64,000 bases of DNA from Eukaryota sp. GEM-RC1 (taxonomy: Eukaryota). Under the pieces are notes generated by a model. That model searched no databases and had not been told where the DNA came from. It saw only the letters and a list, made by a program, of their open reading frames with translations. Below are positions 1 through 11,365 of the stretch, piece after piece. Location of the stretch: contig JAUFOQ010000004.1 of the NCBI GenBank assembly GCA_040285855.1, positions 806,001 through 870,000 of the forward strand, in the 5' to 3' direction. The position numbers were made by a program, and so were the translations under genes. How positions within the stretch are numbered: the first letter of the stretch is position 1; each line of letters starts with the position of its first letter.

Positions 1-88
1 CCATTAAAGATAATGGTTTGATCATGGAGACTGGAGTGTTGGACTGGAGTGTAGAGAGAGTGTTGGGTGAGGTGGATGTGAGTGACAT
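1..88 (-). CDS. 5' end of a BTB-coiled coil-SPRY family gene (runs off the left edge)
   Basis: Reverse complement reads ...ctccttcaATG TCA CTC ACA TCC ACC..., nearly identical to the starts of the copies at 11366, 21914, 28901 and 48873. Confidence 0.85.
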   Translation of the reverse strand, partial: MSLTSTSPNTLSTLQSNTPVSMIKPLSLM

Positions 89-599
89 TGAAGGAGAGAA
101 TTGAATGAAGATTATCTAAGAGATAACAGATCTTTCTATTAGGGATGGCGGCCGGCCCACTTTTTACTCTCGACTTCAAAGGGACGAAAATTCATACTGT
201 ATCGGTTGTAGGTCAGTCTTTATATTCAAGAGTAGAAGTAACATCACTTCTTGTTTGTTTAACGTAGTGATGTGGAAAATTTATTTAATTATAATTAATT
301 GAGTTAATTCCCTGAGAATTAATTACATTAATTGTACTTTACTGAAGCCTGGCAAAAAGGCATTGTTGTTTTTACATGTGTCGGACCCATTTGGGATTAA
401 GAAATCAAACATATAACGACCAGTTATTCTCCCCAAAAGTGATCGGGAAAGATATTTTTTGACATAAACTCCTTTCGTGATCACTCTTGGGATATATACG
501 TTAGACGAAGTGTATAGTGGATAGTTACACCATCCATCTATTAGCAAAACGAGTGATTTTACAAAATCGTTAAAGAGAGAATTGATGTAAGAACATTCG

Positions 600-1130
600 A
601 TATGTATGTCTGTACTCTCCTTAGTATATGGTCGGGCAGATTGGCGGTAACAAATGTTTGAAGGTATAACCCATCATATTCAAAATTCTTGCACTTGTTT
701 TATACAAAGATTGTCTTACGGTCATTCATTCAGAAGTACCGTATCCTTTGATATTATGTTTGAAACACAGAAACTGCTTAAGAAAACCCCCGAATTTAAC
801 ACTAACTGTGACGGTAAACAAACAGTAGGATGCTGCTCGGTCAAATAGACGAATCTCTATATACCAGCAACAAACTTATCGAAAATATAATATAAATAGT
901 GTTCACTTGGAACACACAACATCCGACTATTTACTATTTACAGCAATCTCATCTTCTACAAGTGTTACGTTCGACAGAGTTTGAGAGAAAAAGACTCAAC
1001 TTTGTTTTTTTGATGAGCTTGAGTATTTCACAAGTCATGTCTCAAGCCAATCCACTCTCTCGATCACTAAAGTAACTCATGTATTATAGAGAACGAGACC
1101 AATGAAGTTTACTTTCCGGCAATTTCTCTA
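600..1130 (+). pseudogene. Possible decayed Merlin/IS1595-like transposase remnant
   Basis: GGT CAA ATA GAC GAA TCT CTA (GQIDESL) at about 839-859 is followed shortly by RKYN in a shifted frame, resembling the Merlin V(E/Q)IDES...RKYN motif. No intact ORF; boundaries approximate. Confidence 0.25.
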
Positions 1131-1271
1131 TATGTATTTATATTTTGTTTAATTTGTTTTATTTTGTTTTATTTGCATATTCTTCAAAAAGGCCCAAAAA
1201 GAAATAATAATACAAATAAATACAATTCATTAGAATTTGTATTTATTTATGAGGAGCCCTGGATATACTGT

Positions 1272-1516
1272 ATTTAAAAAAACGGTTTTTATTTAATCAT
1301 ACAAATACAAACTACCATCAATATTCACAAATGAGATTCAAATACCTCTACATCATGTCAAATGCATGACTCAATGCAAAGAGACGGTCGAAAATCGAAT
1401 CAAAACACCTAAATAATGCTTTGAAGAGGAAAAACGTTTACCTTCCTCCCCAGTAATTCTTTGCATACTGTTTACACAATTTGCCAAAATCTATGAGAAA
1501 TTGTTGACCGAAGCTT
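1272..1516 (-). mobile_element. Degenerate 3' fragment of a CRE-clade non-LTR retrotransposon
   Basis: Aligns by eye with about 52555-52806, the 3' UTR and last RLE codons of another copy (e.g. ctcaatgcaaagagacgg, tgagaaattgttgaccgaagc). Confidence 0.8.
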
Positions 1517-1635
1517 GTTAATCACATACTTGTTGATCACACTCGTTTTGTCAGTGTGATCACAATCACAAATGCTGTTTATTGGGAAACAAACAGTTGA
1601 TAATACTGTATTATACTGTGTTTTTTTTTGCCTTC

Positions 1636-4600
1636 ATGTCTTTAAGAAATTCTGCCAGATTGTCTAGTCTTTCTCTTTCTAACCGTGAGTCTTCTGACTC
1701 TGGTGTTGTGAAGGGTAAGTCCAAATTACCATATCATCTGGCTAAAAAACTGGCAGGTACTTCTTCTTCCTCTATTACTACTCCTCCTCTTGCTGCTCCT
1801 GTTCGGGGGTATGCTCGGCTTTCAAATCGTTTAGTTCGTAAGTCATCTCATTCTTCTGTCTTTGCCTCCAACCAACCTTCTTCAGTTCGTTCTGCTTCTT
1901 CTCCTCTTAAAGCTGTTTCTTCTGTCTTTGATGGAAGTTGTTCTGTCTCTTCTCTTAAGTACTTAGCTCGAAACCCGTGTTTTTCTTCTTTTTCTTCATC
2001 CAATCAATCTTCTTCTCTTCGTTCTACTTCTCCTCCTTCTAAGGTTGTAACTTCTGTTTTTGATGGAAGTACAGCTATTTTTTCTTCATCCAATCAATCT
2101 TCTTCTCTTCGTTCTATTTCTCCTCCTTCTAAGGTTGTATCTTCTGTTTTTGATGGAAGTACAGCTATTTTTTCTGTTAAATCTTCCTTCTCTATAAGTC
2201 CATTAGTTCAGAATGTTTTGAATGAGGCAATTGCTCCGAATTTTTCTGCTTGTATTCCTTTGGTTGGTCTTACATCGTCAGATAATACTTGTATTTCTCG
2301 GCCAGTTGTTGCTGAATCGATGCATGAGTCTAGTAGAAAGTGTGGTGTGTGCAAACTGGGTGGTCATGATCGACGTAATTGCCCTACTAGGAAGTCTGCT
2401 TCAGATGATGCCAAGATTGCCGAAGTTGTTTTGTCTGTTCAGTCTAAACAGTCTGTTCTTGATTTCCAAGAGACTGTTTGTGAGCCTAAAATTAATTCAT
2501 CAATTTCATTGACCTGTCTTTTTTGTGCTAAATCTGTTTCTGGGAAAAATAAATCCAATCGTCCACTTCTTGTGTGGTTTGATTGTTCACCTATTGATGT
2601 ATGTCGTCCACAATTTAGAATTCCTATCATGATATCTCCAATGGCGGCCGTTAATGTCGGGACTGCTCTTAGAAGTGTGACACAAATTTTACGTGGTGGA
2701 ATTTGGAATCCCGCACCTTTTGGCGATATATGTTGTCAATTGTTAAGAAGTCCAATAGAAAAATTAAACCTGTTCTTAAGTCTCAAGTTAGTGATAAGTT
2801 TATTGCTAAAAGATTTCAAAATCTTGTTTTACGAGGTCAGTTTTCTTCTGCTTTGTCCTCCCTTAATCACACACTTCCAGCTGAAGTTTCTGTTGAAACT
2901 GTTGAAAAACTGAAAAAATTACACCCTGTTGAAGAATTTTCAGGCAATCCGGTTTTTGGTGAGCTTTCCATGTCGTACTGGACTAACAAACCTGTTTTAG
3001 TTGATGAAATTTTACAATTAATTTCGTCATCCCCTTCTGGTCGTGCTGCTGGTCCTTCTGGTATGAGTTTTGATCATTTTAAAATTGCCGTTAATGCTGT
3101 TCCTGAAATTTGTGAAGATCTTGCTGTTTTCTTTAATGAAGTTTTATTAGGCACAAAGAAATTACCTCATGCTCTTTGCTCTTCTAGATTAGTGGCTTTA
3201 AGCAAACCAAATGGAGGTGTGAGACCAATTGCAGTGGGTGAAACAATTTCTCGTATTTTTTCAACTTTGTGCTTTAGGAGAGTCAGAGATTCCTCTGTTG
3301 AATTCTTTAGACCGTTTCAATTTGCAGTTGGAGTTCCTGATGGTACTACGTGTGCTGCTTTAACCTCTGATTTTCTTTTTCATTCAAATGAGGAAAATGC
3401 CATTTTGAACATTGATTTTAAAAATGCATTTAATTGTGTTTTAAGATCAACTATATCTGACGAACTTTCTAAATTTTTTCCTCAGTTGATTCCCTATTTT
3501 AATATTTTTTATGGTAAAGCGTCGAATTTAATTTATGACAAGTTTGATATTAAATCAACTAGAGGGGTTAAGCAAGGTGATCCTTTGGGTCCTTTTTTGT
3601 TTTGTCTCGCTCTGCAAAAATTATTTAAAATCTTACAATTAGAATTTCCAACTGTTAAAATTTGTGCTTATGCTGATGATTCTTCGCTGATCGCTCCAGT
3701 TGACGTTCTCAAAAAGTGTTTTTCACGTTTCATCGAACTTTCTTTGAGTATTGGTTTAACAATCAATTTTGATAAGTGTTTTCTTGTTGTTAAGTCTTCG
3801 AATGTTTCTAATCTTGGTTTTTGTAATATTCCTATCATCGATTATTCTACTCAATGTTTTCGTTTCCTTGGCACGTTTTTGGGAAATTATGAGAAAATTC
3901 ATTCAGAATTGGAGAGTTCATTAACTACAATTGAAGAAAAACTAAATCAAATATTATCTTTAGATGTGAGCAAACATGTTTCCTTTGCTATGCTTCAGGT
4001 CTGTTTTTCCGGGAAAATTAATCATTTTTTACGTTCATTAGACTATTCCCTTACTGAAACATTTGCCAAGAAATTTAATTCTATTAGAACAAATTTTCTC
4101 TCTAACTTGGCTGAAATTGATGAGTCTAAGATTCCATTTCATGCTTTTTATTCTTCTGAATTCGCAGGAGTAGGTTTCACCCATGCAAAAATCATTAGAA
4201 AATCTGCTCTTTTAGGAGGTGTTAAGAATTTTATGTTTGAATTTTTGAAACGGTTTCCCTTGGATGGAATCAATCTGTTGAATTCCAGTAATTGCCGTTG
4301 GATTCAATCTGCTAAAGATTTGTTATCATCTTTGTCTCCTGAAATGTGGGAATCTTTGTTCCCTGCTCATTTGAAGGAGACTCCTTTAAAAATATTTCAT
4401 CTCTACCATCTGCTGTATGTAAGCTGCAAAATAAATTGACAAGGAGTTTGAACTCTTGGACTTTAATAATCGTATTAGCTTGGCTAAAACTAATAGTCCC
4501 GAGTTCGCTGCTTTTTTAATCGATCTTTGTAATAGTGGACCTTCTGGATTTATTTCTCAAATTCCAAAGGTGTATGGATTACATCTATCTGATGAAGCTT

Positions 4601-5310
4601 GGATGATCAATATGCGTCTTCGTTTGGCTATTTGGCCTGCAAATTTATTAAACTATTCAACGTGCTCTTGTGGAGCTAATGGTGTTTTTCGTCATTTAAT
4701 TAATTGTCGTTATTTTATTCATCTCCGTGCAGTAATTCATGATGGTGTACGTGATTCTTGTTATTCCATGTTTAAAGCACATGGTTTTCACTCTAAAGTT
4801 GAACCAGTTTTGAATCATCTTTCAGAAAATGAATTTACTGATCAAAAACGAGGGGATCTACATACTCCGTGGCTTAAATCGAGTCAAGCATTAATGGATT
4901 TTACTACAGTAGATGTATGTAACAAATCTTGTGTTAGTAGGATATTAGATTCTTCTTTTAATCCATTAACAGCAGCTGAAAAGCTCAAACACACCAAGTA
5001 TGACTCTCAAGTAGAAGAATTAAATAGAAACTCATATTCCAAATTTGTGTTTCAACCTTTTGCTGTTTCTCTTTTTGGATCTATTAGTCCTGCTGGTGAT
5101 CAATTTTTCAAGGATTTCGAAGAATTGTGTAAAGAAAAGAAGCGTAAGTTTAGAATGGCTGAATGGAAAAACCGTATAGTGTTTTCCTTATATCGGAATA
5201 TGCCTTTCTATTTCTCTAGATTAATTGAGAAATTGTACAAGTTTGGTGTGAAGGTTCATGTAGATAAACGTAATCTTTTACCGGGTGGTGATGAAGTCGT
5301 TTGGATTTAA
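1636..5310 (+). CDS. CRE-clade non-LTR retrotransposon ORF: Ser-rich N-terminus, CCHC knuckle, reverse transcriptase, restriction-like endonuclease
   Basis: CGVCKLGGHDRRNC knuckle. RT motifs AAGPSG, RPIAVGE, QFAVG, DFKNAFN, GVKQGDPLGP and YADD. C-terminal CSCG..HLINC, IHD, RGDL, DFT, EKLKHTKY and PFAVSLFG (RLE). Split by three apparent 1-nt deletions: about 4390 and about 4441 at A runs, and one between 2673 and 2913 (probably about 2700). Confidence 0.92.
1990..2175 (+). repeat. 90-bp coding tandem repeat (2 near-perfect copies plus a degenerate copy at about 1860-1945)
   Basis: FSSSNQSSSLRS(T/I)SPPSKVV(T/S)SVFDGSTAI is repeated; DNA units are offset by 90 nt (1991 and 2081). Confidence 0.9.
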
Positions 5311-5430
5311 TCTTAGTATTATTTGTTTGTTTTTACAATTTCATAGTTTGTAGAAAGGTTACCTTATTGGGTGCCGAATAAACATCTCTCTCTGTATTAT
5401 AATAATTATTATTGTTATAATTACATAACC

Positions 5431-6200
5431 CTACAGCTTCCTTTTGCGAACACGATCTATTTCACTGTCCTGAGACCAATCTACATCAATGTGCTCCTCC
5501 ATATCTGCTTCTTCGATCACAAAAGCTTCTCCAATATCCTCATCCTCATCGTCATCGTCAACTGTGATGTCGTCAAAACCACCTCTCAAATCAACATTTG
5601 CTACAACATCCATTGTATCTGCCGGTTCTTCTTCTTCTGCCAACAACACTAAAGAATCTTCTCTGTTTGATGCCCACATTTCCACATCCAAAAGAAAATC
5701 CTCCACTCTAGATTTTGTCTCAAGTATTTAGTTGAGAATACCGAGATTCAAATGTTTGGGTTCTTGTTTTAGAAGAGGAGTATCAAAATGAATAATCATG
5801 ATGTCATCCAAATGATCGTTGGTCAATTTCAACCTTCTTTTGGACACCTGGAAGTCAAATGAAGACCAATTCCTTTCTGTTGTAGATGCTGAACCAGTAT
5901 GACCTGTAATTCTTTGAGCTAATTGACTCAACTGTGGATAAAGCTGTCTACCATCAGAGTACCACCATTGATGGACAGCCGTTGGGGAAGTAGTAAGTCG
6001 TGTGGTAAAATCTACTGTATGATATATTATTGTTTGATATCTTATAGCACCCTTGACATTGAAAGTCTTCCTTACTTGATGTGTTTTCACGAACTTTCAT
6101 GAGCTGGTAAAGCGTATTGTCCTTGTTACGATCGGATTGGAGAAACGGAAGTGATGACAGTGTGTGGAAACGGTAAATGTAGTTTTCGAGCACCAGATTA
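5431..6200 (-). pseudogene. hAT transposase remnant (C-terminal dimerisation domain plus acidic tail)
   Basis: HQWWYSDG..YPQLSQLAQRI..SASTTERNWSSF..SKRRLKL matches the hAT dimerisation domain; the catalytic core is absent. Confidence 0.85.
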
Positions 6201-6429
6201 GACTCTAAACTTGTGTTCTAAACTGTAGAGTGTTGTTGAACAATTAAAACTGGTCCAGTTTTATCACATACATGTATTGTATTAATGACTTCACTTCAGT
6301 ATGGATCATATCAGAATCACAAATGATGTTATCACAAAAAAAAGGCCAGTGTGATCACATGTGTTTGTGCTCCACAAGTATGGTTTGGATTGTCTCTCCT
6401 ACCAATTCATTACTTTGTTTATTAGCTAA

Positions 6430-6845
6430 TAATTCTCAAAATTAATTGCATTCGGTGTGATGAAATTCTTAATCAAACTGAGGGGCACAACTGAATTGTT
6501 CTTTACTATAGAGAAGTTTTCCTAAGTATTTGAATCGTATAATGAACAAATTGTATCATGCATCAAGTGCAGATGTAGTGCGTTTGATATTTTTTAGAAA
6601 TACACCAATCAATAGAATTAGTCTAACATAGTCGAATTTGTTGTTACATTTTCCAACTGCTGATATGGGTATTGATCGATGTTAGATTAATTACCTTGTC
6701 AGATTAAATAGCATCCGAGACAATAGTCTAACTTAGACCAATTTCAGCACATACTTTCATTACTCAATTGCCAGGGAGATTGATTTTTAATCTAAAAGAT
6801 CATGAATGGCTTGTTAACATGAGACTTTGTTTAGGTTTTTCTCCG
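6430..6845 (+). mobile_element. Degenerate CRE retrotransposon fragment
   Basis: FNLKDHEWLVNMRLCLG at about 6786-6836 matches FNLKDHEWLINIRLRLG of the copy at 53053-53508. Confidence 0.65.
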
Positions 6846-9517
6846 CATATAAATCAGTTTTTTTATTTCGATGTTCAGAACTTAATCTAACCATAAAAGA
6901 AGGATTCATTTAGACTTCCAGTATTGCCCTCACCAATTTTAACTACACGTTCTCCTCCTGATGAACTACTTCATTATACTGACAGTTGACTTCCTCAATT
7001 CTGTCAGAATTTCATACTGATGCTATCTTTGATCATATTTCTTCAGATATTATGGATGACTTAACAGTTCGGTCGCAGACATGATCAGCAGTGTCATAAA
7101 CACATTAAATTGGATAGCTTATATTAACCCATGTGTTTAAATAGAGAAAATGGTATACTCTTATTCCAGAATTCTTGTTTAGAATTTCTATTAGAATGTC
7201 CAGTTACGGTTAGCCAAATAAATCCCATGGTTTCTTTTAACACTCCTCGAAGTAAGAACAACAGTTACAATATTGTTAGAAGTATTTACTTCATGTTCTT
7301 GAATTCGAATCCATCTGCAAGATCCGAAACAGTGGTTGTCTACTAAGAAACCCTATTAAATATAGAGAACTAAATGAGAATACATACAAGACATATAATT
7401 AAAATGGATTTCTCATTGTCCTTCTTAATGTCTAATTCAGTAGTCTTTACTATAAATGGAAAGTACATAGATTCAATGCACAATTTGTGTTCAGAATTTG
7501 GTAGGAAGTTCCTACTGGAGTAGAATGGCCATGTCAAGCTTTCAGTGGATTAAAGATATGTTGACTCAATTTTGGCCAAGCTGTTTAGAAGTAACTACTT
7601 TTCGTAATTTGGTAGTTCTGTTGGTACAATTAATAGTGTAATAATGTGTGTATCTTAATCTAGATGAAAGAATTGTCTTAATAAACATCAAGTTTCTTGT
7701 ACCATGTTAGTCTGCTTTTGGGGTACTTTGACAATGAATGTCATTAGTGTTATCTCATTATGACACCTTACAAAATTTGATTTACCTTAAAGACTCAACA
7801 ATACCAGAAATATTGCAATAAGTTGAGATAAGTCAGTCAAGTCAAGTAAGACAGAATAAATAAACAGAATTAACAATAAAAGTGATACAAGCTAAGAAAT
7901 AGAAATTATTGTTAAGTTATTTGAATCTATATGTATCGAGTAATCAAGTCGTTGACAGGTTATTAATTCAGAAGGGAAATTCTTTTTTTGAAGGGATGAT
8001 CATGCACTGTAAGAAAACAACAACAATACATGAACAAGATCGAACCTCCAAAGAGTATTTGGTTTCGATTGTTGTTGGGTGAACGTGGTAATTGCCTTAA
8101 TGCTACACAATGTTGACTATCCGTTATGTCTCATCAAATTATTGATTGTGATATACGACGAATTGAATGTGATGGACTTTACAAGAGTTGGCAATGTGAC
8201 TCAAATTTGGCTAACAAAATAATGACCTGCAATTATTGAGCTCTTAATACCAAATGTCAAAATTAAAAAACGCCTAAAAAATGAATTAATTTCGAGGAGA
8301 ACTGATCAACTCAATTAATTAATGAACCAAGATTAAGTCTGTATTTACAAGTTATTGTGCTTGCATTTTGTTGACACTTCACTCGAAGTGGCCACTCCCG
8401 TGTTTTCCATCAAATGTCAAAATTGTGGTAAAGAAATACAGTAAAAGGTTACAAAACAAACGGATTGTGTTGAAGAGAATTAATGCAGTTTCAAAATTTA
8501 ACACAAAGATAGTCAAGAATTTTCTATAACTATTTTGAAAAATTTAAAATGGAATATTGTGACAAATTTAAATTTTTGATTTTGATACTAACAATCACAC
8601 TCGAATTTGTTGTTGTACCCTTTTGAATGTTCACTGTCCGGTTTTTTAGGTGAATCTGCAACATCGTTACTTGAATCTTTGTGAAAATTGTAAAGGAAAA
8701 AACATCTAGGACTTTTGGTCTTAGATTTTGGAAAAATCGAACTGTGTTCTCTATTTCTAAAGGCATGGCGACCTCTCTTTCTAGAGCTTTACCATCTCTT
8801 TGCGGTATGAACATATGATTGGTGACAATTTGCAATCTAGACTTTGAGGATATTGATTATTAGCCCGTTTAGTTTTTACATGTAAGTGTGCTGTTAGAAT
8901 GAAATAATTTGTTTAAAAAAATTAAACATTTTCGGTAAAACAAATGTATTAAAAGAAAACATTTTCTAACAATCACTCATAAGAATCAAGGCAATCTAAT
9001 CTATAGGAATGTTATCTAAATGTCATACGAAAGTTCCTGGTAGTCATGCTCAACTACGCACATCCTTGTTAAACCAATAAAAATTAAATATTTTGAATAT
9101 ATTTAGAAATTATTGAGTTTAGGAATCCTTTTCGCCCCTTCAAAGTTCTTACAATGACCTATGAACTATCAAAAGCTGGACAACAAAAGATACCATAAAA
9201 GCAATCCCCAAAAACACTGGTAGAAATTAAATATTCATATCGTCCCTCGAGTTAAAATAAAAACAATGGACGAACTTTGGTGTGGTTAAACACGCGTCTG
9301 AATAACAACACAAGATCCCACGACGACCTTGCATTCAAACAAACCCATAAGACAAATGAAAAGAAGTACAATGATAAGCACGTAGAACCAACTCTTTTGA
9401 AAGAAGTCAAGATCACCTTCAAATCAACAACTGTATAACGATAAATATCGGGTGATTATTCAACGATGAAGCTATCTCCAATCAAAAGAACGTCACCTGT
9501 CAATCAGATAGAGACAA

Positions 9518-11299
9518 TCAATCATGTTGACTATGATACTCTTTAATAACTCTTGGCATATCAATATCTGCCACATCAAAGTAATTAACCCCCTTGAGAG
9601 TAACAATATCACCAAACTCTACATACAACTTCACCAACACATGCTCCACCTCTCTGGTACTCTTCAAAAGCCTCTCTTCAAGTTCCTGGATATAACAACT
9701 AAGTTTATCATTAATAACTGATGAATCCTTGGCTATTTGTTGAGAAACATCTTTCTCAGACAGTAGGCGTTCACGTTGAGTAATAGAAACAGAAGCCATT
9801 TCCCATAGAACAACAGCTTCTTTAAGTCTAAACACGAACTCAGTGGTAGTGTATTTGATCATGAGATCAATCTTTTGGAGTAATGGCATTGCTAGAACAG
9901 TCATCACGTCATCAAATCGTTGTGACAGCTCATCAATGACGTGGTTTCGAGTCGTTGATTCAGGAGAAAGGTTCATTTTGTTGAGAGGTGAGCTTTTGAC
10001 TTCCCCCTTGTAGATTTTTAAAGACTTTTCAACAGGAGTTGTGGAAGAATCGCCAATAAAAGGGAATTCTTGGTGAGACTCATGGACATATAGGTCTCCA
10101 ATAGAGTTGTTCACGTCGTAATTGGTCTCTATTTCTTGCATGATTGCTTTTCCAATCAAATCCTCGTCATAGTCAATCAACGACTTCGCCATTCTTTGAA
10201 CTGATTTGCTCGATGGCAATCCAAACGACTGTGATGCAGCTTGATTAAGAATCGATTGTTCATTAAAATTCGATACATTTGTGACTTCGCTTGACTTCCG
10301 CTGATCAAAAAAGAAAACATCTTCAGGGTGACGATCAGCCAGGTTAGCATCCCTCCCATACTTAGTGAAGTCCGTGGGAAGAAAGGAAGGGAGAAGAGAA
10401 CCGTGGGGATTGACCTTACAAGCAACAGGAGGAGCACTGGGGGGAGGGACAGGGAGAGTTGAGGGAACCTGGTCATGGGGATAGATGGTGATGGAAGGTC
10501 GGAATGAGTTGTCAAGGTAGATGTGAGATTCGGAGCGAGTTCTAGTGACGGTAGAGGGAGGTGGGGAAGGGGAAGAGAAACGAGATGCCGGCAAAGTCAT
10601 CATTTCCTCATCTTCCTCATCAAAGAATTCAAGATCATGATCTAATCCTGAATCTTCACTAACACTACTACTCTCAATGGCTTCACTCTCCCTCGGTGAC
10701 TCAGCATTGGGAGTGGCAACTAGTAGCTGAAGGTCTTTCTTAACAGCAGCTCGTAGTTGAGGATCAGTATAGTGAGAGGTGTTAAAGTGAACTGTAGGGA
10801 GAGTGGCAGTATCAGAAGGAAGAATTATGGTGGTTTTCTTAGGAGATGAAGGTTCAGGACTATCTGATTTGGAGACGATTTCTTGGACACACGCTCTAGT
10901 GATTGCATCAATGTTTATGCTTTGGGATAATTCTAGAGAGAAACCAGCAGATGCCCTAATAGAGTTTGATTCATTGGAGAACAGATGTCTTTGGTTTAGT
11001 TTGGATTGTCTTGCTTTCCATTTCCTTGATACATCTCGCTTAATTTTATCTACTTTCTTTGATACTTTAGTTAGGAGTTGAGATGTTTGTTCAGGAGAAA
11101 AAGAAGATGGGACTTTTATGAGATGAAGAAAGGATTCCATTGGAATTGAGCTGACGGTGCTGATGTGGTCAGTGGATTTATCATCTGCATGAGCCAATGA
11201 GACAGTTGTGGAAGAATGATTTAGCTTAGTAGATAGAGACTTCTTCAAGTGAGAAGGAGGTTGGACATCACTCAGTTGTTGGAGGAAGGGTCTGCTCAT
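9518..11299 (-). CDS. CCDC87-like coiled-coil protein, 593 aa
   Basis: Long intact ORF. The C-terminal LAMPLLQKIDLMIKYT..WE.AS..IT.RE and FGDIVTLKG.NY segments resemble the CCDC87 family. The CDS is certain; the family call is tentative. Confidence 0.6.
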   Translation of the reverse strand: MSRPFLQQLSDVQPPSHLKKSLSTKLNHSSTTVSLAHADDKSTDHISTVSSIPMESFLHLIKVPSSFSPEQTSQLLTKVSKKVDKIKRDVSRKWKARQSKLNQRHLFSNESNSIRASAGFSLELSQSINIDAITRACVQEIVSKSDSPEPSSPKKTTIILPSDTATLPTVHFNTSHYTDPQLRAAVKKDLQLLVATPNAESPRESEAIESSSVSEDSGLDHDLEFFDEEDEEMMTLPASRFSSPSPPPSTVTRTRSESHIYLDNSFRPSITIYPHDQVPSTLPVPPPSAPPVACKVNPHGSLLPSFLPTDFTKYGRDANLADRHPEDVFFFDQRKSSEVTNVSNFNEQSILNQAASQSFGLPSSKSVQRMAKSLIDYDEDLIGKAIMQEIETNYDVNNSIGDLYVHESHQEFPFIGDSSTTPVEKSLKIYKGEVKSSPLNKMNLSPESTTRNHVIDELSQRFDDVMTVLAMPLLQKIDLMIKYTTTEFVFRLKEAVVLWEMASVSITQRERLLSEKDVSQQIAKDSSVINDKLSCYIQELEERLLKSTREVEHVLVKLYVEFGDIVTLKGVNYFDVADIDMPRVIKEYHSQHD

Positions 11300-11365
11300 C
11301 TAATAGAAAGACCACTAGCAAGCAGGGCATAACAAAATAATCCTAATACCAGAATCTCTCCTTCA

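Larger units (their letters stand above)
1630..5425 (+). mobile_element. Near full-length CRE-like RLE retrotransposon including 3' UTR and AAT/TAT-rich tail
   Basis: The ORF above is followed by a short UTR with AATAAA and a tattataataattattattg tail at about 5395-5420. Boundaries approximate. Confidence 0.8.
1525..6382 (-). mobile_element. Internally deleted hAT DNA transposon hosting a nested retrotransposon
   Basis: Imperfect terminal inverted repeats CATACTTGTTGATCACA (1525) and TGTGCTCCACAAGTATG (ends 6382), TGTGATCACA subterminal motifs at both ends, and a hAT transposase remnant inside. No matching 8-bp TSD. Confidence 0.55.

Noticed and set aside
140..1262. TAGGGATGG (140) and GAGCCCTG (about 1261) as paired hAT ends
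   Set aside because: The ends match only over AGGG and there is no TSD.
2600..2700. TAA/TAG reassignment suggested by stops upstream of the RT frame
   Set aside because: PMM, BTB-SPRY and other genes end at TAA/TAG at the expected positions; a single 1-nt deletion explains the junction.
9040..9500. EIKY...KKY as an RLE endonuclease relic (similar weak hints at about 7100-7350, 17200-17900 and 24620-25000)
   Set aside because: Too degraded to support a call by eye.
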